A stretch of DNA of 63,868 bases, filler included, from Nitrospinae bacterium RIFCSPLOWO2_12_FULL_45_22 (GCA_001803565.1; 4 parts of 4 records of this genome joined end to end with filler, not necessarily neighbours in it), one strand, 5' to 3'; shown: positions 1 to 11,764, numbered from the whole stretch's first letter. A program made the numbers and translations. Notes: generated from the letters alone by a model not told the origin.

Positions 1-156
1 ACCTATCCTCCATTGGGCATCCACCAGGTAAGTCTCATAAGAGAAGCCTTCAGTCGTCTGGGTAAAGTTTGCCAGGGCAAGGCCCTGGGTCTCTGGGATA
101 TGGGAGTGTAGATAGGCTTTAACTCTATTTTCTAAGCTGCTGATTTGATCATTCAT
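1..156 (-). CDS. Phosphotransferase (APH/ChoK-like) family protein, N-terminal part; runs off the window start
   Basis: Hand translation from ATG 156 gives MNDQISSLENRVKAYLHSHIPETQGLALANFTQTTEGFSYETYLVDAQWRIG. The GxSxET..D..W pattern is typical of APH-family N-termini. Confidence 0.55.
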   Translation of the reverse strand, partial: MNDQISSLENRVKAYLHSHIPETQGLALANFTQTTEGFSYETYLVDAQWRIG

Positions 157-346
157 AGGGAAATCCTTACCGCTTCCTTGGTGTAATATTCTGTCAATTT
201 TATCCGCATTAGCTTTTTAATTCAACACTTTTTTTATATTTAGGTAACCGAAATAAAATCGCTTGAATATTTATATTATTTTTGTTATAGACAATCATAA
301 ATAAGGCTGATGCCTCAATCTTTATAATTGATAAGGAGGAAAACCC

Positions 347-1219
347 ATGCTGACGGATAAAGATGAGTACCGACATAATCCCAGTAACGATCTTTGTTGG
401 CAAGAGAGCGTAGTCCTGATCTGGTATGATCCTGCTACCGAGTTAGGCGGTATCCATAGGATAGGGGTAGAGCCCAACCAGAATAAATGTAATACCCAAA
501 ATTATATTGCTAGAGGAAAAGAATTGCTCTATAAATATGACAACATGTATCTCCCTCTAAGTAATGCTGATTGGGACAATTATCAAGCCGGGGTCATTAC
601 CCGCAAGGCTATAGAGCCCCTCAAAAGTTTTCAATTCCTGATTGATGATCCATATTACAACTGTCAAGCAGAACTGACCTTTAAAGGCTTCCACCCGGCT
701 CATGATTATAGCCGGGGACTGGATCCGGCAGGCCAGATAGCTGCTAATCATTTCGAAGGGGCAGGGTTGGTCTCGGGTTGGGTGAAGAAAGGAAGTACTC
801 AATACAACTTAAAGCAAGGAGTAGGTATGAGGGACCACTCCTGGGGGGTACGCTACTGGAATGTCATTAATAATTGGCGATGGGTCTGTGGCATTTTTGG
901 GGATCAATTTGCCTTTAATGCCCTTACCGTAGTAACCGACTCGGGGATGATGCATGGCGGATTTGTCTTTGATGGACAAGAGACATTGGCGGTAAAAGAT
1001 TGTTGCATAAATGTTATACTGGAAGATAACGGTAAGGAGCATAAAGGGACTAATGTGTGGTTCAAAGATGAAAAAGATAGGACGGTTACCGTCTCTTCAG
1101 AGACCTTATTTGTCAGGCCCATTTATTTTTATGAAGTGAGAGCAAATGAGGGGTTGAGTAAATTTATTATGGATCAGCGGACAGGTCATGGTATAGTGGA
1201 ATTTGGTTATCGGCTCTAG
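347..1219 (+). CDS. Uncharacterised beta-barrel protein (AttH/tocopherol-cyclase-like fold)
   Basis: 290 aa with AAGGAGG RBS. WQES, HFEGAG and RDHSWGVRYW motifs. Confidence 0.6.
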   Translation: MLTDKDEYRHNPSNDLCWQESVVLIWYDPATELGGIHRIGVEPNQNKCNTQNYIARGKELLYKYDNMYLPLSNADWDNYQAGVITRKAIEPLKSFQFLIDDPYYNCQAELTFKGFHPAHDYSRGLDPAGQIAANHFEGAGLVSGWVKKGSTQYNLKQGVGMRDHSWGVRYWNVINNWRWVCGIFGDQFAFNALTVVTDSGMMHGGFVFDGQETLAVKDCCINVILEDNGKEHKGTNVWFKDEKDRTVTVSSETLFVRPIYFYEVRANEGLSKFIMDQRTGHGIVEFGYRL

Positions 1220-1278
1220 CCAAAAAAGCCCCTTTATGAGTCTGCAGGTTACAGCGGGGCATAAAAAGAAGGAGAAAG

Positions 1279-2133
1279 ATGCAGCAGATTTTAGTAGTTA
1301 ACGATGATGGGATAAATTCTCCCGGCTTACTAGCCCTTGCTGAAGCCGTGAAAGATTTGGGGAAAGTTACTATTGTAGCACCTCGTAACCAGAGATCTGG
1401 ATCTGGTGTTTCCCTTACTATACGTAGACCTCTTCGGGTAGAGGAGATAAAGGTTGCTGGATTTGAATCATTTGTAATTGATGGCACCCCGGCAGACTGT
1501 GTAATTTTAGGTCTCAATTACCTCTTAAAAGAAAAACCTAAAGTAGTATTGAGTGGATACAATATGGGAGCAAACCTTAGCCTAATGGCTCCCTTATCGT
1601 CTGGTACTATAGGGGCTGCTATAGAAGCGGCTCTTAACGGGATACCGGCCGCAGCCCTCTCCTTTGAGGTTACAACCCTGCAAGAAGCCCTTAAAGATAG
1701 ACCTTCTGGTATAGATTATGCTGGGGCTAGAAAGGCTGCCTGTATTATAACCCGCTATCTCTTGCAGGAGGGCTTGCCTCATGGAATCCATCTCCTTAAT
1801 GTATGCTTTCCTCCTAATGTAACTGAACAAACTGGCTTAGAGATAACTTCCCTGGCCCCTGATTTTTTTAAAAAAATGGTCTTAAGAAAGGAAGATCCTT
1901 ACGGAATGCCCTACTATTGGATTAAGATGATGCGGGGAGAAAATGATTGGAAAGATGGAACCGATGTCTATTGCCTTTATAAGGAAGGCAATATATCCAT
2001 TACTCCCTTAGCCATTGATCTCAGTGGTCTTATATCAGAAGCTAAAATAGCCGAGCTAAAAAAATCCCTCACCGCCGAGAGCACAGAGAACACTGAGATA
2101 GAATCAAACCGGAAGGGCATAACAGAATTATAG
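1279..2133 (+). CDS. surE: 5'/3'-nucleotidase SurE
   Basis: ILVVNDDG, GTPADCV, SGYNMGAN and SGTIGAA motifs. The C-terminal ~20 aa run into a REP-like repeat. Confidence 0.95.
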   Translation: MQQILVVNDDGINSPGLLALAEAVKDLGKVTIVAPRNQRSGSGVSLTIRRPLRVEEIKVAGFESFVIDGTPADCVILGLNYLLKEKPKVVLSGYNMGANLSLMAPLSSGTIGAAIEAALNGIPAAALSFEVTTLQEALKDRPSGIDYAGARKAACIITRYLLQEGLPHGIHLLNVCFPPNVTEQTGLEITSLAPDFFKKMVLRKEDPYGMPYYWIKMMRGENDWKDGTDVYCLYKEGNISITPLAIDLSGLISEAKIAELKKSLTAESTENTEIESNRKGITEL

Positions 2134-2580
2134 TGAACTGTAAGGCGATACCTAAAGCCACGCAGCAAAGAGGACAAAAAGGAGAGAATTTGAGTTAACA
2201 ACTCTCGGTCTCAGATCTCGGTTCTCTGTTAACTCTGTTCACACAAAGCCCACAGATGACTAATACCTCTCCTGGTATCAGAAAAACCAAATATTTCAAG
2301 GGCTAAGTTCATCGTAGAGGAATTTTCATTTTTTTTAATGCGGTTTTGTGGTAGTCGCCTGCCTGTGATCTGGCAGACAGGCAGGCTTTAGCCTGCGTTA
2401 AGTTCTGAGGTTGCAAAAGAATGGGGGTGGGCAAGATCAAAAACTGCCTTGACAAAGAAGGTTATCCGGTGATAATTATTTAATAACAATAGGATTAGGA
2501 GAAAAAGCCGCTTTTTGGTTAAAAGAGAGGTTTTTTTGAACCGCGGCACTAAATTGATTTTCTGAGGGGGTTACAAAAGA

Positions 2581-3375
2581 ATGGCAGAAAAAACACTGTT
2601 TAGTCAAGTGGGTGAAAAGGAAGTCACCAGGGCGATAATAGGCGAGTTTGCCAAGCAATTTCAAGAATATGTTGAGAGCGATGTAATCATTATTGGTGCT
2701 GGCCCCAGTGGTCTTATGGCCGGGAAAGAATTGGCCCATGAGGGCTTCAAGGTCTTACTGGTAGAGCGGAATAATTATCTGGGTGGAGGGTTCTGGATTG
2801 GCGGTTATTTAATGAACAAGGTAACCGTGAGGGCTCCAGCCCAGGAAGTCCTGACAGAGTTAGGAATTCCTTTCAAGGAAGCTGTCCCGGGCCTCTATGT
2901 AGCCGATGGCCCCCATGCTTGCTCTAAACTCATTGCTGCGGCTTGTGATGCTGGGGTAAAAATCATCAATATGACCAAATTTGACGATATTGTCTTGCGG
3001 GAAGGGAACCGGGTAGCTGGTGCAGTCATTAACTGGACTCCAGTATCCGCTATGCCCAGGGAGATTACCTGTGTAGACCCTATTGCTATTGTGTCCAGGA
3101 TGGTAGTAGATGCCACTGGACATGATGCCTCTGTAGTAAGCAAGCTGGAGGAACGGGGCCTGATCAAGACCGTTGGCTATGGGGCTATGTGGGTCGAGAA
3201 ATCAGAAGACCTGGTAGTAGAGCATACTGGCGAAGCACATCCGGGCTTAGTGGTTATGGGGATGGCAGTATCTACCCTGTATGGACTGCCCAGGATGGGA
3301 CCGACCTTTGGGGCTATGCTGCTCTCCGGCAGAAAAGGGGCCGAGGTTATTAAGACCCGCCTCCGCAAATCTTAA
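2581..3375 (+). CDS. thi4: Thiamine thiazole synthase THI4 (ADT synthase), Cys-type active site
   Basis: [26 protein letters not shown] and [10 protein letters not shown] motifs. Lies next to thiC. Confidence 0.93.
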   Translation: MAEKTLFSQVGEKEVTRAIIGEFAKQFQEYVESDVIIIGAGPSGLMAGKELAHEGFKVLLVERNNYLGGGFWIGGYLMNKVTVRAPAQEVLTELGIPFKEAVPGLYVADGPHACSKLIAAACDAGVKIINMTKFDDIVLREGNRVAGAVINWTPVSAMPREITCVDPIAIVSRMVVDATGHDASVVSKLEERGLIKTVGYGAMWVEKSEDLVVEHTGEAHPGLVVMGMAVSTLYGLPRMGPTFGAMLLSGRKGAEVIKTRLRKS

Positions 3376-3427
3376 TGGCTCTATTCATTCCTAAATCAAC
3401 AAACCCGGAAGGGGCAGGGGATAATGG

Positions 3428-4300
3428 ATGAAGAAGGGGAGGAGATTAGTTCGCCCCACCCATATATTACTTTATGCCCCGGAAAAAACTGGTGCTTTAA
3501 ATCTCGAAGAGAGTGTTGATTATCTCAGTTCTCTGCTTGATAAGGTCAAGATTGAAGTTAGAAAAGACTTTATATCGCATAGTTTGGAAGGGACAGCACC
3601 AGAGCAGAAAGAGGGTTTTATTGCCCGACTGGCCCATGACCTGGCAAGGACCAAGGTCAGGAATATCCTGAAGCCCGACTTCTCTTTCCCACCCCTTTAC
3701 GGCGAAATCCGGTATGAAGAAGAAAGGATTCGGGAACCTGGTAGCAAGCCCAGCGGTATCTTTTACGATGGTTTCCAATTGCAAGAAGTCTTCTGGAGCC
3801 TGATCCCTAGAGAAGAGGCTAATCTAAACCATATGCATATCATTTTTACTGGACAGTTAGTTGGCACCTGGGATGAGGACGACCTTAAGTATCATGCCCG
3901 AACCAGTATTTATGGGTACCCAAATATCCTTTCTACTACCGGTTTGGTAGAGGCACCAGCTAAGCCCAGAGAATACTATTTGTTAAAGCAGCAAATACCT
4001 GCGGCTGTCCTGGATGAAGTAGCTATATTGGCTCTGAAAGAGAAACTAAAGGGTCGTTTCCTCGATTATGACGATCCCGGAACTACCGAGGTCATGAAGG
4101 GTTATGTAGCCCAGGCCCTGGTAGGCCAGGCAACGGGGTTTCCTTTTTGCCAGGATGTAAACTGCCGCCTGTTCAATGCCCATTGGCAAGAAGAGATGCT
4201 CCAGGCCCAGTTAAAGAGTGATTATGAATTTTGTCCCTACCATAACGAAATCCTGGAAGAGATCAAGAGACAGGCAGCAATAATAACCAATAACCAATAA
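3428..4300 (+). CDS. Putative zinc metallopeptidase-like protein (DUF6775-like)
   Basis: YHAR, GLVEAPAKP and C-terminal FCxDxxCRLFNAHWQ...CxxH motifs. Confidence 0.55.
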   Translation: MKKGRRLVRPTHILLYAPEKTGALNLEESVDYLSSLLDKVKIEVRKDFISHSLEGTAPEQKEGFIARLAHDLARTKVRNILKPDFSFPPLYGEIRYEEERIREPGSKPSGIFYDGFQLQEVFWSLIPREEANLNHMHIIFTGQLVGTWDEDDLKYHARTSIYGYPNILSTTGLVEAPAKPREYYLLKQQIPAAVLDEVAILALKEKLKGRFLDYDDPGTTEVMKGYVAQALVGQATGFPFCQDVNCRLFNAHWQEEMLQAQLKSDYEFCPYHNEILEEIKRQAAIITNNQ

Positions 4301-4332
4301 CCAATAACCAATAACCAATAACCAATAACCAA
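4284..4332. repeat. Perfect heptamer tandem repeat (TAACCAA)x7
   Basis: Read directly. It supplies the stop codon of the upstream ORF. Confidence 0.95.
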
Positions 4333-4391
4333 CATAAGTTTTGTACTTTTCGCTTTAAGCTTTGCCTTTTACTAAGGATGGGTTAAGTATT

Positions 4392-5675
4392 ATGAGTACT
4401 CTAATAGAAAAAGCCAGAGAGGGTATTGTTACCCCGGAGATGGAATATATAGCCCAGGCTGAAGGGTTATCAGCGGAGACTATCCGAGAGGGAATAGCTC
4501 AAGGGGAAATTGTTATTACCCAGAATAACCGCCATAAAAATATTAAACCTTTAGGGATTGGCAAGGGGTTAAAGACCAAGCTGAATGCCAATATTGGAAC
4601 ATCAGTAGATCAAGTGGACCTGGCCCGGGAGTTAGATAAGCTGGAAATAGCTATCAAGGCCGGTGCTGATACTATTATGGATTTGAGTACTGGTGGGCCG
4701 TTGGATGAGATCAGGCGGGCTATTATCGAAAGGTCTACCGTGCCGATAGGAACTGTCCCCATCTACCAGGCAGCCGTAGAAAAGGTGCGCTCAGGGGCCT
4801 CCATAGTCCACATGGCAGCAGACGATATGTTCCGGGTCATAGAACAGCATGGGCAGGATGGGGTAGATTTTATCACGGTCCATTGTGGGGTCACCAAAGA
4901 AACTGTTACCCGGGTCCAGAGGGAAGGCCGGCTGCTGGATGTAGTTAGCCGGGGTGGGGTCTTTCTGGTAGAATGGATCATCTATAATAATAAAGAGAAC
5001 CCCCTCTACCAGGAATATGACCAATTGGTGGCTATTGCCAAGGAGTATGATATGACCCTGAGCCTGGGCGATGGCCTCAGACCCGGCTGCCTGGCAGATG
5101 CCACAGACCGGGGTCAGGTACAGGAGACCATCTTGCTAGGTGAACTGGTTGATCGGGCCAGGGAGGCTGGGGTACAGGTCATGGTAGAAGGACCGGGCCA
5201 TGTACCTATGCACCAGATCGAAGCCAATGTCCTGTTCCAGAAGCGGCTATGCCACGGGGCACCGTTTTATGTCCTGGGGCCACTGGTAACCGATATTGCC
5301 CCGGGTTATGACCATATTACCGGGGCTATTGGTGGGGCTATTGCAGCGGCCGCGGGGGCCGATTTCTTGTGCTACGTAACGCCATCTGAACACTTACGCC
5401 TACCCACCTTAGAAGATGTAAAAGAAGGGGTTATTGCCGCCAAGATTGCTGCCCATGCCGCTGATATCGCTAAAGGGGTCAGGGGTGCCATGGACAGGGA
5501 TATCAAGATGGCCAAGCTCCGCAAAGAATTGAACTGGGAAGGTCAGATCCAGATGGCCTTGGATCAAGAAAGGCCCCGACAGTATCGCCAGGAAAGCCCA
5601 CCGCATGATAAAGATGTTTGCACCATGTGTGGTGAATATTGTGCCATTAAGGTTTTGCATAAAGAAAGAACTTAA
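4392..5675 (+). CDS. thiC: Phosphomethylpyrimidine synthase ThiC
   Basis: NANIGTS, SRGG, EGPGH, YVTPSEH and CTMCGEYC motifs. ATG 4392 is preferred over TTG 4362. Confidence 0.95.
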   Translation: MSTLIEKAREGIVTPEMEYIAQAEGLSAETIREGIAQGEIVITQNNRHKNIKPLGIGKGLKTKLNANIGTSVDQVDLARELDKLEIAIKAGADTIMDLSTGGPLDEIRRAIIERSTVPIGTVPIYQAAVEKVRSGASIVHMAADDMFRVIEQHGQDGVDFITVHCGVTKETVTRVQREGRLLDVVSRGGVFLVEWIIYNNKENPLYQEYDQLVAIAKEYDMTLSLGDGLRPGCLADATDRGQVQETILLGELVDRAREAGVQVMVEGPGHVPMHQIEANVLFQKRLCHGAPFYVLGPLVTDIAPGYDHITGAIGGAIAAAAGADFLCYVTPSEHLRLPTLEDVKEGVIAAKIAAHAADIAKGVRGAMDRDIKMAKLRKELNWEGQIQMALDQERPRQYRQESPPHDKDVCTMCGEYCAIKVLHKERT

Positions 5676-5852
5676 CCCCGACAGAAAGAACTCCTTGACT
5701 TTTTTACCACTCTACGCTACCATCTCCTTAAATAGACTCCTTAGCATTTTGCCATCCTTACCTATTTGTCTAACATAGACGAACCGGGTTTATGACAAAC
5801 TTCCCCCTTACTATCCTTGTGGAATTTGATGACATAGGAGGGCGATAAGAGA

Positions 5853-7403
5853 ATGGCTATTGAGGCAAAACTGGCAGAATTGAGGGTGCGGGACCAACTA
5901 GCAGAACTAGGCGGCGGGGAAGAGCGCATCAAGAAACAACATGATGCAGGAAAACTTACGGCCCGGGAAAGGGTGCATAAACTACTGGATAAAGGGACTT
6001 TTATAGAGCTGGACAAATTCGTTACCCACCGATGTACTAATTTTGATATGGATAAGACCAGGATTTTGGGCGATGGGGTAATCACGGGTTATGGCAGGAT
6101 AAATGGCCGTCTGGTCTTCCTTTTTGCCCAGGATTTTACCGTATTTGGCGGCACGTTGAGCGAGGCATATGCCAGGAAGATTTGTAAGATTATGGATTTG
6201 GCCATGAAGATGGGTGCACCCGTCATCGGGCTGAATGATTCCGGTGGGGCCCGGATACAGGAAGGGGTAGTGAGTTTAGGGGGTTATGCCGACATATTCT
6301 TACGTAACACCTTGGCCTCGGGAGTAGTACCTCAAATATCAGCTATCATGGGCCCCTGTGCTGGTGGAGCAGTATATTCGCCGGCTATTACTGATTTTAT
6401 TATCATGGTAAATAAGACCAGCCATATGTTCATCACTGGCCCCAACGTAATCCGTGCTGCTACCCATGAAGAGATAACCATGGAAGAGCTAGGCGGGGCC
6501 ATGGTTCATAACTCCGTTAGCGGGGTAGCCCATTTTTTAGCCGAAGAGGAGGAGGAGTGCCTGGCCACGATCCGGGAACTCCTTTATTTTATTCCACAGA
6601 ACAATATGGAAGACCCTCCCAGAGTTCCTACCAAAGACAGCCCCAACCGTATAGATGAGGGATTACAAACCCTGGTACCAGAAAATCCTAATAAGCCTTA
6701 CAATATAAAAGATCTGATCGAGCCGGTAATGGATGATGGTTATTTCTTTGAAGTACAGCCCCATTATGGCCAGAATATGGTGGTGGGCTTTGCCCGGCTG
6801 GATGGTCGGCCTGTAGGCATAGTGGCTAATCAACCGGCACATCTAGCTGGTTGCCTGGATATTGCGGCCTCATTGAAAGGGGCCCGGTTTGTCAGGTTCT
6901 GTGATGCCTTTAATATACCCCTGGTGGTCTTTGAAGATGTTCCGGGTTTTTTACCCGGGGTGAGCCAGGAGCATGGTGGCATTATCAAGCATGGCGCTAA
7001 ACTCCTCTATGCTTTCTGTGAAGCGACAGTACCTAAGATAACTGTTATTACCCGGAAGGCCTATGGCGGAGCATACTGTGTCATGAACAGCAAACATATC
7101 CGGGGTGATATGAATTATGCTTACCCTACCGCAGAGATTGCGGTAATGGGCCCAGATGGTGCCGTTGATATAGTATATAGGCGAGAGATATCCCAGGCCA
7201 AAGACCCCCTTTCCTTCAAGGAGCAAAGGGTCAAGGAATATAATGATAAATTTGCTAACCCATATGTGTCGGCGGAATTAGGGTATATAGATGAGGTTAT
7301 AGAGCCTAAATATACCAGGCCCAAACTGATCCAGGCACTAGAATTAACAGAAAATAAGCGCGATAGCAATCCCCCTAAAAAGCATGGTAATATTCCCTTA
7401 TAG
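5853..7403 (+). CDS. pccB: Acyl-CoA (propionyl/methylmalonyl/acetyl-CoA) carboxylase, carboxyltransferase subunit
   Basis: [25 protein letters not shown] and KKHGNIPL motifs. Confidence 0.93.
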   Translation: MAIEAKLAELRVRDQLAELGGGEERIKKQHDAGKLTARERVHKLLDKGTFIELDKFVTHRCTNFDMDKTRILGDGVITGYGRINGRLVFLFAQDFTVFGGTLSEAYARKICKIMDLAMKMGAPVIGLNDSGGARIQEGVVSLGGYADIFLRNTLASGVVPQISAIMGPCAGGAVYSPAITDFIIMVNKTSHMFITGPNVIRAATHEEITMEELGGAMVHNSVSGVAHFLAEEEEECLATIRELLYFIPQNNMEDPPRVPTKDSPNRIDEGLQTLVPENPNKPYNIKDLIEPVMDDGYFFEVQPHYGQNMVVGFARLDGRPVGIVANQPAHLAGCLDIAASLKGARFVRFCDAFNIPLVVFEDVPGFLPGVSQEHGGIIKHGAKLLYAFCEATVPKITVITRKAYGGAYCVMNSKHIRGDMNYAYPTAEIAVMGPDGAVDIVYRREISQAKDPLSFKEQRVKEYNDKFANPYVSAELGYIDEVIEPKYTRPKLIQALELTENKRDSNPPKKHGNIPL

Positions 7404-7418
7404 GATTGAGGTGATAAT

Positions 7419-8939
7419 ATGTTTCGTAAGGTGATGGTGGCTAATCGGGGAGAGATAGCAGTACGAATTTTACGGGCTTTAAAAGAGGTGGGTATCCCTA
7501 CTCTTACTATCTATTCAGAAGCAGACCGCAATTCCCTCCATGTCCGCATGGCGGAGGAGGCATATTGTATTGGTCCTCCCCCTGCGGAAGAGAGCTATCT
7601 TCAAATTAAAAAGATCATTAGCCTGGCAAAAGACAAAGGGGTTGATGGTATCCATCCGGGTTATGGCTTTTTAGCGGAAAATCCTGTATTTGCCCAGGCC
7701 TGTCAGGAAGCAGGTATCAATTTTATCGGCCCCCCAGCCTATGCCATTGAAGCTATGGGGAGTAAGACCCGCTCCCGAGAAATGATGCAAGATGCTGGAG
7801 TACCAGTAGTCCCCGGTACCACAAAACCAGTACGGGATGAAGCAGAAATATTCAGGCTGGCGAGCGACCTCGGTTATCCGATTGTGCTAAAGGCAGTAGC
7901 AGGCGGGGGCGGTAAAGGCATGCGTGTAATAAAGCGGGCGGCAGAAATCAAGAGTGCCTTCCGGGCTACACAATCAGAGGCCCAATCAGCCTTTGGTGAC
8001 TCTGCGATTTATGTTGAAAAATATCTGGAGAACCCCCGACATATTGAGGTCCAGATACTGGGTGATAAATTTGGCAACCTGATCCACCTGGGGGAGAGAG
8101 AGTGTACTATCCAGCGACGCCACCAGAAGGTTATTGAGGAATCCCCTTCGGTACTGGTAGACGAAGAGATGCGGCGTCAGATGGGTGAGACTGCTATAAG
8201 GGCGGCCCGGGCAGTAGGGTATTTCAGTGCCGGGACAGTCGAGTTCCTGGTTGATAAACATAAGAACTTCTATTTCCTGGAGATGAATACCCGCCTCCAG
8301 GTTGAACACCCCGTCACCGAGATGGTCACGGGTATAGACCTGGTAAAAGAGATGCTCAAGGTGGCTGCGGGCCACAATCTTACCTATAGGCAAGAAGATA
8401 TCAAATTCCGGGGGGCGGCCATCGAATGCCGGGTCTACGCTGAAGACCCCCTGAACAATTTCTTCCCCTGTCCAGGAAAGATACTCTCCCTCCGTACTCC
8501 TGGTGGTCCCGGGGTACGGGATGATACCGGGGTCTATCCCGGTTTCGAGATCCCTATCTATTATGACCCCTTGATCTCAAAAGTGATCACCTGGGGTAGG
8601 GATCGGGAAGAGGCCATTCATCGCATGGCCCGCGCTTTACAGGAATATGTTATTAATGGGGTCAAGACCATCATACCTTTCCTGCAAGGGGTTATGGAGG
8701 ATAAACATTTCCTGCAAGGGGACATTACCACGGAATATATTGACCAGAAATTGCACCGCGGATCATTGGTTGATGCTGGTTATTTCAAGGAGGTAGCGGT
8801 CCTGGCAGCAGCCCTGGATGCGTATCGTACCGAGATTAGTAGAGGGACTAACTCTTTTCCCAAAATTAATGGCCTGAAAATGGTGGATAATCCCTGGAAG
8901 ATGACAGGACGACGAATGCTTCTGGATAGCAGGTTATGA
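7419..8939 (+). CDS. accC: Biotin carboxylase subunit
   Basis: [25 protein letters not shown] and [10 protein letters not shown] motifs. Confidence 0.95.
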   Translation: MFRKVMVANRGEIAVRILRALKEVGIPTLTIYSEADRNSLHVRMAEEAYCIGPPPAEESYLQIKKIISLAKDKGVDGIHPGYGFLAENPVFAQACQEAGINFIGPPAYAIEAMGSKTRSREMMQDAGVPVVPGTTKPVRDEAEIFRLASDLGYPIVLKAVAGGGGKGMRVIKRAAEIKSAFRATQSEAQSAFGDSAIYVEKYLENPRHIEVQILGDKFGNLIHLGERECTIQRRHQKVIEESPSVLVDEEMRRQMGETAIRAARAVGYFSAGTVEFLVDKHKNFYFLEMNTRLQVEHPVTEMVTGIDLVKEMLKVAAGHNLTYRQEDIKFRGAAIECRVYAEDPLNNFFPCPGKILSLRTPGGPGVRDDTGVYPGFEIPIYYDPLISKVITWGRDREEAIHRMARALQEYVINGVKTIIPFLQGVMEDKHFLQGDITTEYIDQKLHRGSLVDAGYFKEVAVLAAALDAYRTEISRGTNSFPKINGLKMVDNPWKMTGRRMLLDSRL

Positions 8940-8940
8940 T

Positions 8941-9441
8941 ATGGCGTATGAAGTAAAGATTGACGACCAGATCTATCGGGTAGAAGTAGAAGAGGATGCT
9001 GGGGCATATCAGATCAAAGTGGGGGATAGGGTTTATTGGGTAGATGTTGCCCAACCCCAGCCTTATTTTTATTCCCTGATCATTAATGGGCATTCCTACG
9101 AAGTAGATATTAGCCCCCAGAATGACCAGAGAGATATCTTGGTCGAGGGAAAGGCCTTCCATACAGAGGTTTATGATGAAACCAGGAAGCCCTTGCTCAG
9201 CAAGAAGAAGTTAGAGTTCCTGGAAGGAGAACAGAAAATCGTTTCTTCCATGCCGGGTAAGGTCATCAGTATCCTGGCCCAGCCAGGCCACCAGGTGAAG
9301 AAAGGTACGGGGGTTATTGTTATCCAGGCGATGAAGATGGAAAATGAGATCAAGGCCCCAAAGGATGGAGAAATTAAAGAGATCCGGGTAACCGAGGGAA
9401 AGACTATAGAGGCTGGGGAAGTGTTACTGGTCATTGCCTAA
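8941..9441 (+). CDS. Biotin carboxyl carrier subunit
   Basis: C-terminal biotinyl domain with AMKM. Confidence 0.92.
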   Translation: MAYEVKIDDQIYRVEVEEDAGAYQIKVGDRVYWVDVAQPQPYFYSLIINGHSYEVDISPQNDQRDILVEGKAFHTEVYDETRKPLLSKKKLEFLEGEQKIVSSMPGKVISILAQPGHQVKKGTGVIVIQAMKMENEIKAPKDGEIKEIRVTEGKTIEAGEVLLVIA

Positions 9442-9787
9442 ATAGCGAGAGAAACGCCTCCATGATCTAGAAATACTGCTCTATCTGGTTATTGTCTTGC
9501 CTCTGTCACAACCAATCCCGGGGTGATAGACCTGATTCGCCAGATCTTCAAATTAGACCCCACCAGCAAACAATAAACGGTGCAGATGCTGGTTTCATGA
9601 TAGTATTAAAGGGGAGAAGAGGAAAGGCATAACTATATGGTGGCAGAGCTTGCTCTGCACGTTGTTTGAGGGGAGTAACGACGAATATCAAACGACAAGA
9701 GTTTTTTACAAATAACTGCCATAGGGGGTATAGTCATTCTTGGAACCAGTAAGTACTCCCTGGCACAACCGACAAGGAGGAGTAAAG

Positions 9788-10366
9788 ATGGCTTATACAG
9801 CAAAAGACTATAATAATTTAATTGGGATGGAGGGATTCAGCGAGACCTTGCTCAAAAACCATTTCACCCTCTACCAGGGCTATGTTACGAATACCAATAA
9901 GGTCTTGGATGCTCTGGACCAGATGCTCAAGGATGGCAAGACCGGTACCCCGGAATATGCCGAGCTGAAGAGGAGGCTGGGCTGGGAGTTTAATGGGATG
10001 CGGCTTCATGAGTATTATTTCGAAAACCTCGGTGGCAAAGGCGGTATAGATAAGGCGGGTAAGCTGGCTAAAAAAATAGGGGCAGACTTTGGCAGCTACG
10101 AGGTCTGGGAGAAGGATTTTAAGGCGGTAGGGGCCATGCGGGGTATTGGGTGGGTGGCCTTATACCAGGACACCCTTAATGGTAGGCTGATAAACTTCTG
10201 GATTAATGAGCATGATGTTGCCCATCCCGCGGGCGGCAACCTGATATTAATAATGGATGTTTTTGAGCATGCCTTTATGATTGACTATGGCCTCAAGCGG
10301 GCCGACTATATTGATGCCTTCTTCAAAAATATCAACTGGCCCAGCGTAGAAACCAGGTTGAAGTAG
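9788..10366 (+). CDS. Fe/Mn superoxide dismutase family protein (ChrC-like subgroup)
   Basis: AAGGAGG RBS before ATG 9788. NHFTLY, LHEYYF and DVFEHAF metal-ligand motifs. Confidence 0.85.
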   Translation: MAYTAKDYNNLIGMEGFSETLLKNHFTLYQGYVTNTNKVLDALDQMLKDGKTGTPEYAELKRRLGWEFNGMRLHEYYFENLGGKGGIDKAGKLAKKIGADFGSYEVWEKDFKAVGAMRGIGWVALYQDTLNGRLINFWINEHDVAHPAGGNLILIMDVFEHAFMIDYGLKRADYIDAFFKNINWPSVETRLK

Positions 10367-10591
10367 GCTCTAAAAAAATTAGAGTAGGGGTCTCTTTCCC
10401 GTAACAACTTATTTGAAAACTCTACTACTCGATCGCAAAAAAGAGACCCCTCTTTTTTTAGGAGTATGTCCGTAATTGTCAAATATCTTGTGGGCAGAAA
10501 TCCTGAATAAATCTCTACCTGCGTGCCCGCCTGAGTGATAACGTTTGCCAATCAGGCTTCCTCACGCATAGGCATAAATGACATCAATAAG

Positions 10592-10650
10592 GTAATTGCT
10601 CAATACCCTGCGGTTCAATGGTCATTTTCCACAACTTATTGAGTAATTAC
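10592..10650. mobile_element. 59-bp MITE with GTAATTRCTCAATA terminal inverted repeats and 8-bp target duplication
   Basis: TCAATAAG flanks both ends (10584-10591 and 10651-10658). A second copy lies at 43478-43703. Confidence 0.8.
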
Positions 10651-10919
10651 TCAATAAGTGTTGATACTGTTGGATTTTGGTATTGTTTAGAGTTTAGAAT
10701 TTTCCACTTTTTATGGAGCATGTTCTGTTAGTGGCTTTGATGGCATCCCTAGTGGCAGTAATTTTATTGGATTCCAGTTGGAAATGGCTGAAGACCGCGG
10801 TAATTGGTGCGGCAGCGAGCTGACCCCTCAAACTCCTAAACTCCTATGAGTATCTATATCGATGGGTTGAGTCTGCATTTTGGATTACTGAGCAGTGGTA
10901 TGGGGATCCCTTTGATAAA

Positions 10920-11393
10920 ATGAGCTTTTTAATTACTTTTATCCACTTATACGTATTCTGGATTTTATTATCAGGCCATTTTGACATATTTCATTTATCC
11001 CTGGGGGTTATCTGCTGTGCCCTAGTAGCCTATGGAACCCATGATCTGGTGTTGGAAGGCTTGCCTATAGATATGCATACAGAAGTCATCCGATTTATTA
11101 AATATCTCCCATGGCTTGTGTACCAGATCATATTGGCTAATATTCATGTAGCTTATCTGGCATTGAGTCCTAAAATGCCTATAGAACCTAGAATTATAAA
11201 GATCAAGACAAAGTTAAAGAGAGATCTTGCTTTGGTAACCTTTGCCAACTCCATCACCCTCACCCCTGGTACTATCACGGTAGATATTAAAGAAGGGGTA
11301 TACGATGTACATGCTTTAAGTGAGAAGGTTAGTGAGGATCTGTTGAGCGGCGAGATGGAAAACCGGGTAGCCCATATATTTATGGAGGATTAA
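10920..11393 (+). CDS. mrpE: Mrp/Mnh Na+/H+ antiporter subunit E
   Basis: ANSITLTPGT motif. Confidence 0.92.
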   Translation: MSFLITFIHLYVFWILLSGHFDIFHLSLGVICCALVAYGTHDLVLEGLPIDMHTEVIRFIKYLPWLVYQIILANIHVAYLALSPKMPIEPRIIKIKTKLKRDLALVTFANSITLTPGTITVDIKEGVYDVHALSEKVSEDLLSGEMENRVAHIFMED

Positions 11394-11497
11394 GTGTCAG
11401 TTGTTAGTTGTCAGTTGTTTTTGGTCTACGGACTACTGACAGCATGCAAGGCAAACCATTTTACTACCGGGGCATTATTCCGGGAGGTTAGTATAGT

Positions 11498-11764
11498 ATG
11501 AGAGAGTTCTTTTTGGTAGCTAGTATGATAATAGGTTTGCTGGTTCTACTTACTTTTTATCGGGCTATCTCCGGACCAGGGTTATTGAATAGGATATTAG
11601 GTGTTAACGTTATTGGCACTAAGACAGTGATTATTCTCCTCCTTATGGGATTTATCTATGGCAGGGTGGATATGTTTGTGGATATTTCTATGGTTTATGC
11701 GATGTTGAATTTTATTGCTACTCTGGCTGCGGCAAAATATCTGGAAAGAAAGGTGAGTATATAA
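11498..11764 (+). CDS. mrpF: Mrp antiporter subunit F
   Basis: Three TM helices, GPxxxNR motif and operon position. Confidence 0.85.
   Translation: MREFFLVASMIIGLLVLLTFYRAISGPGLLNRILGVNVIGTKTVIILLLMGFIYGRVDMFVDISMVYAMLNFIATLAAAKYLERKVSI

Noticed and set aside
2400-2580. TPP riboswitch upstream of thi4 or thiC
   Set aside because: The conserved GCTGAGA...CCTGATC...GCGxAGG pattern was not found.
4284-4332. Possible CRISPR array
   Set aside because: It is a simple heptamer microsatellite with no spacers. No CRISPR array or cas gene was seen anywhere in the window.
10700-10900. Na+/Li+ or c-di-GMP riboswitch upstream of the Mrp operon
   Set aside because: There is some GC-rich pairing, but no consensus I can match by eye; an Rfam scan is needed.
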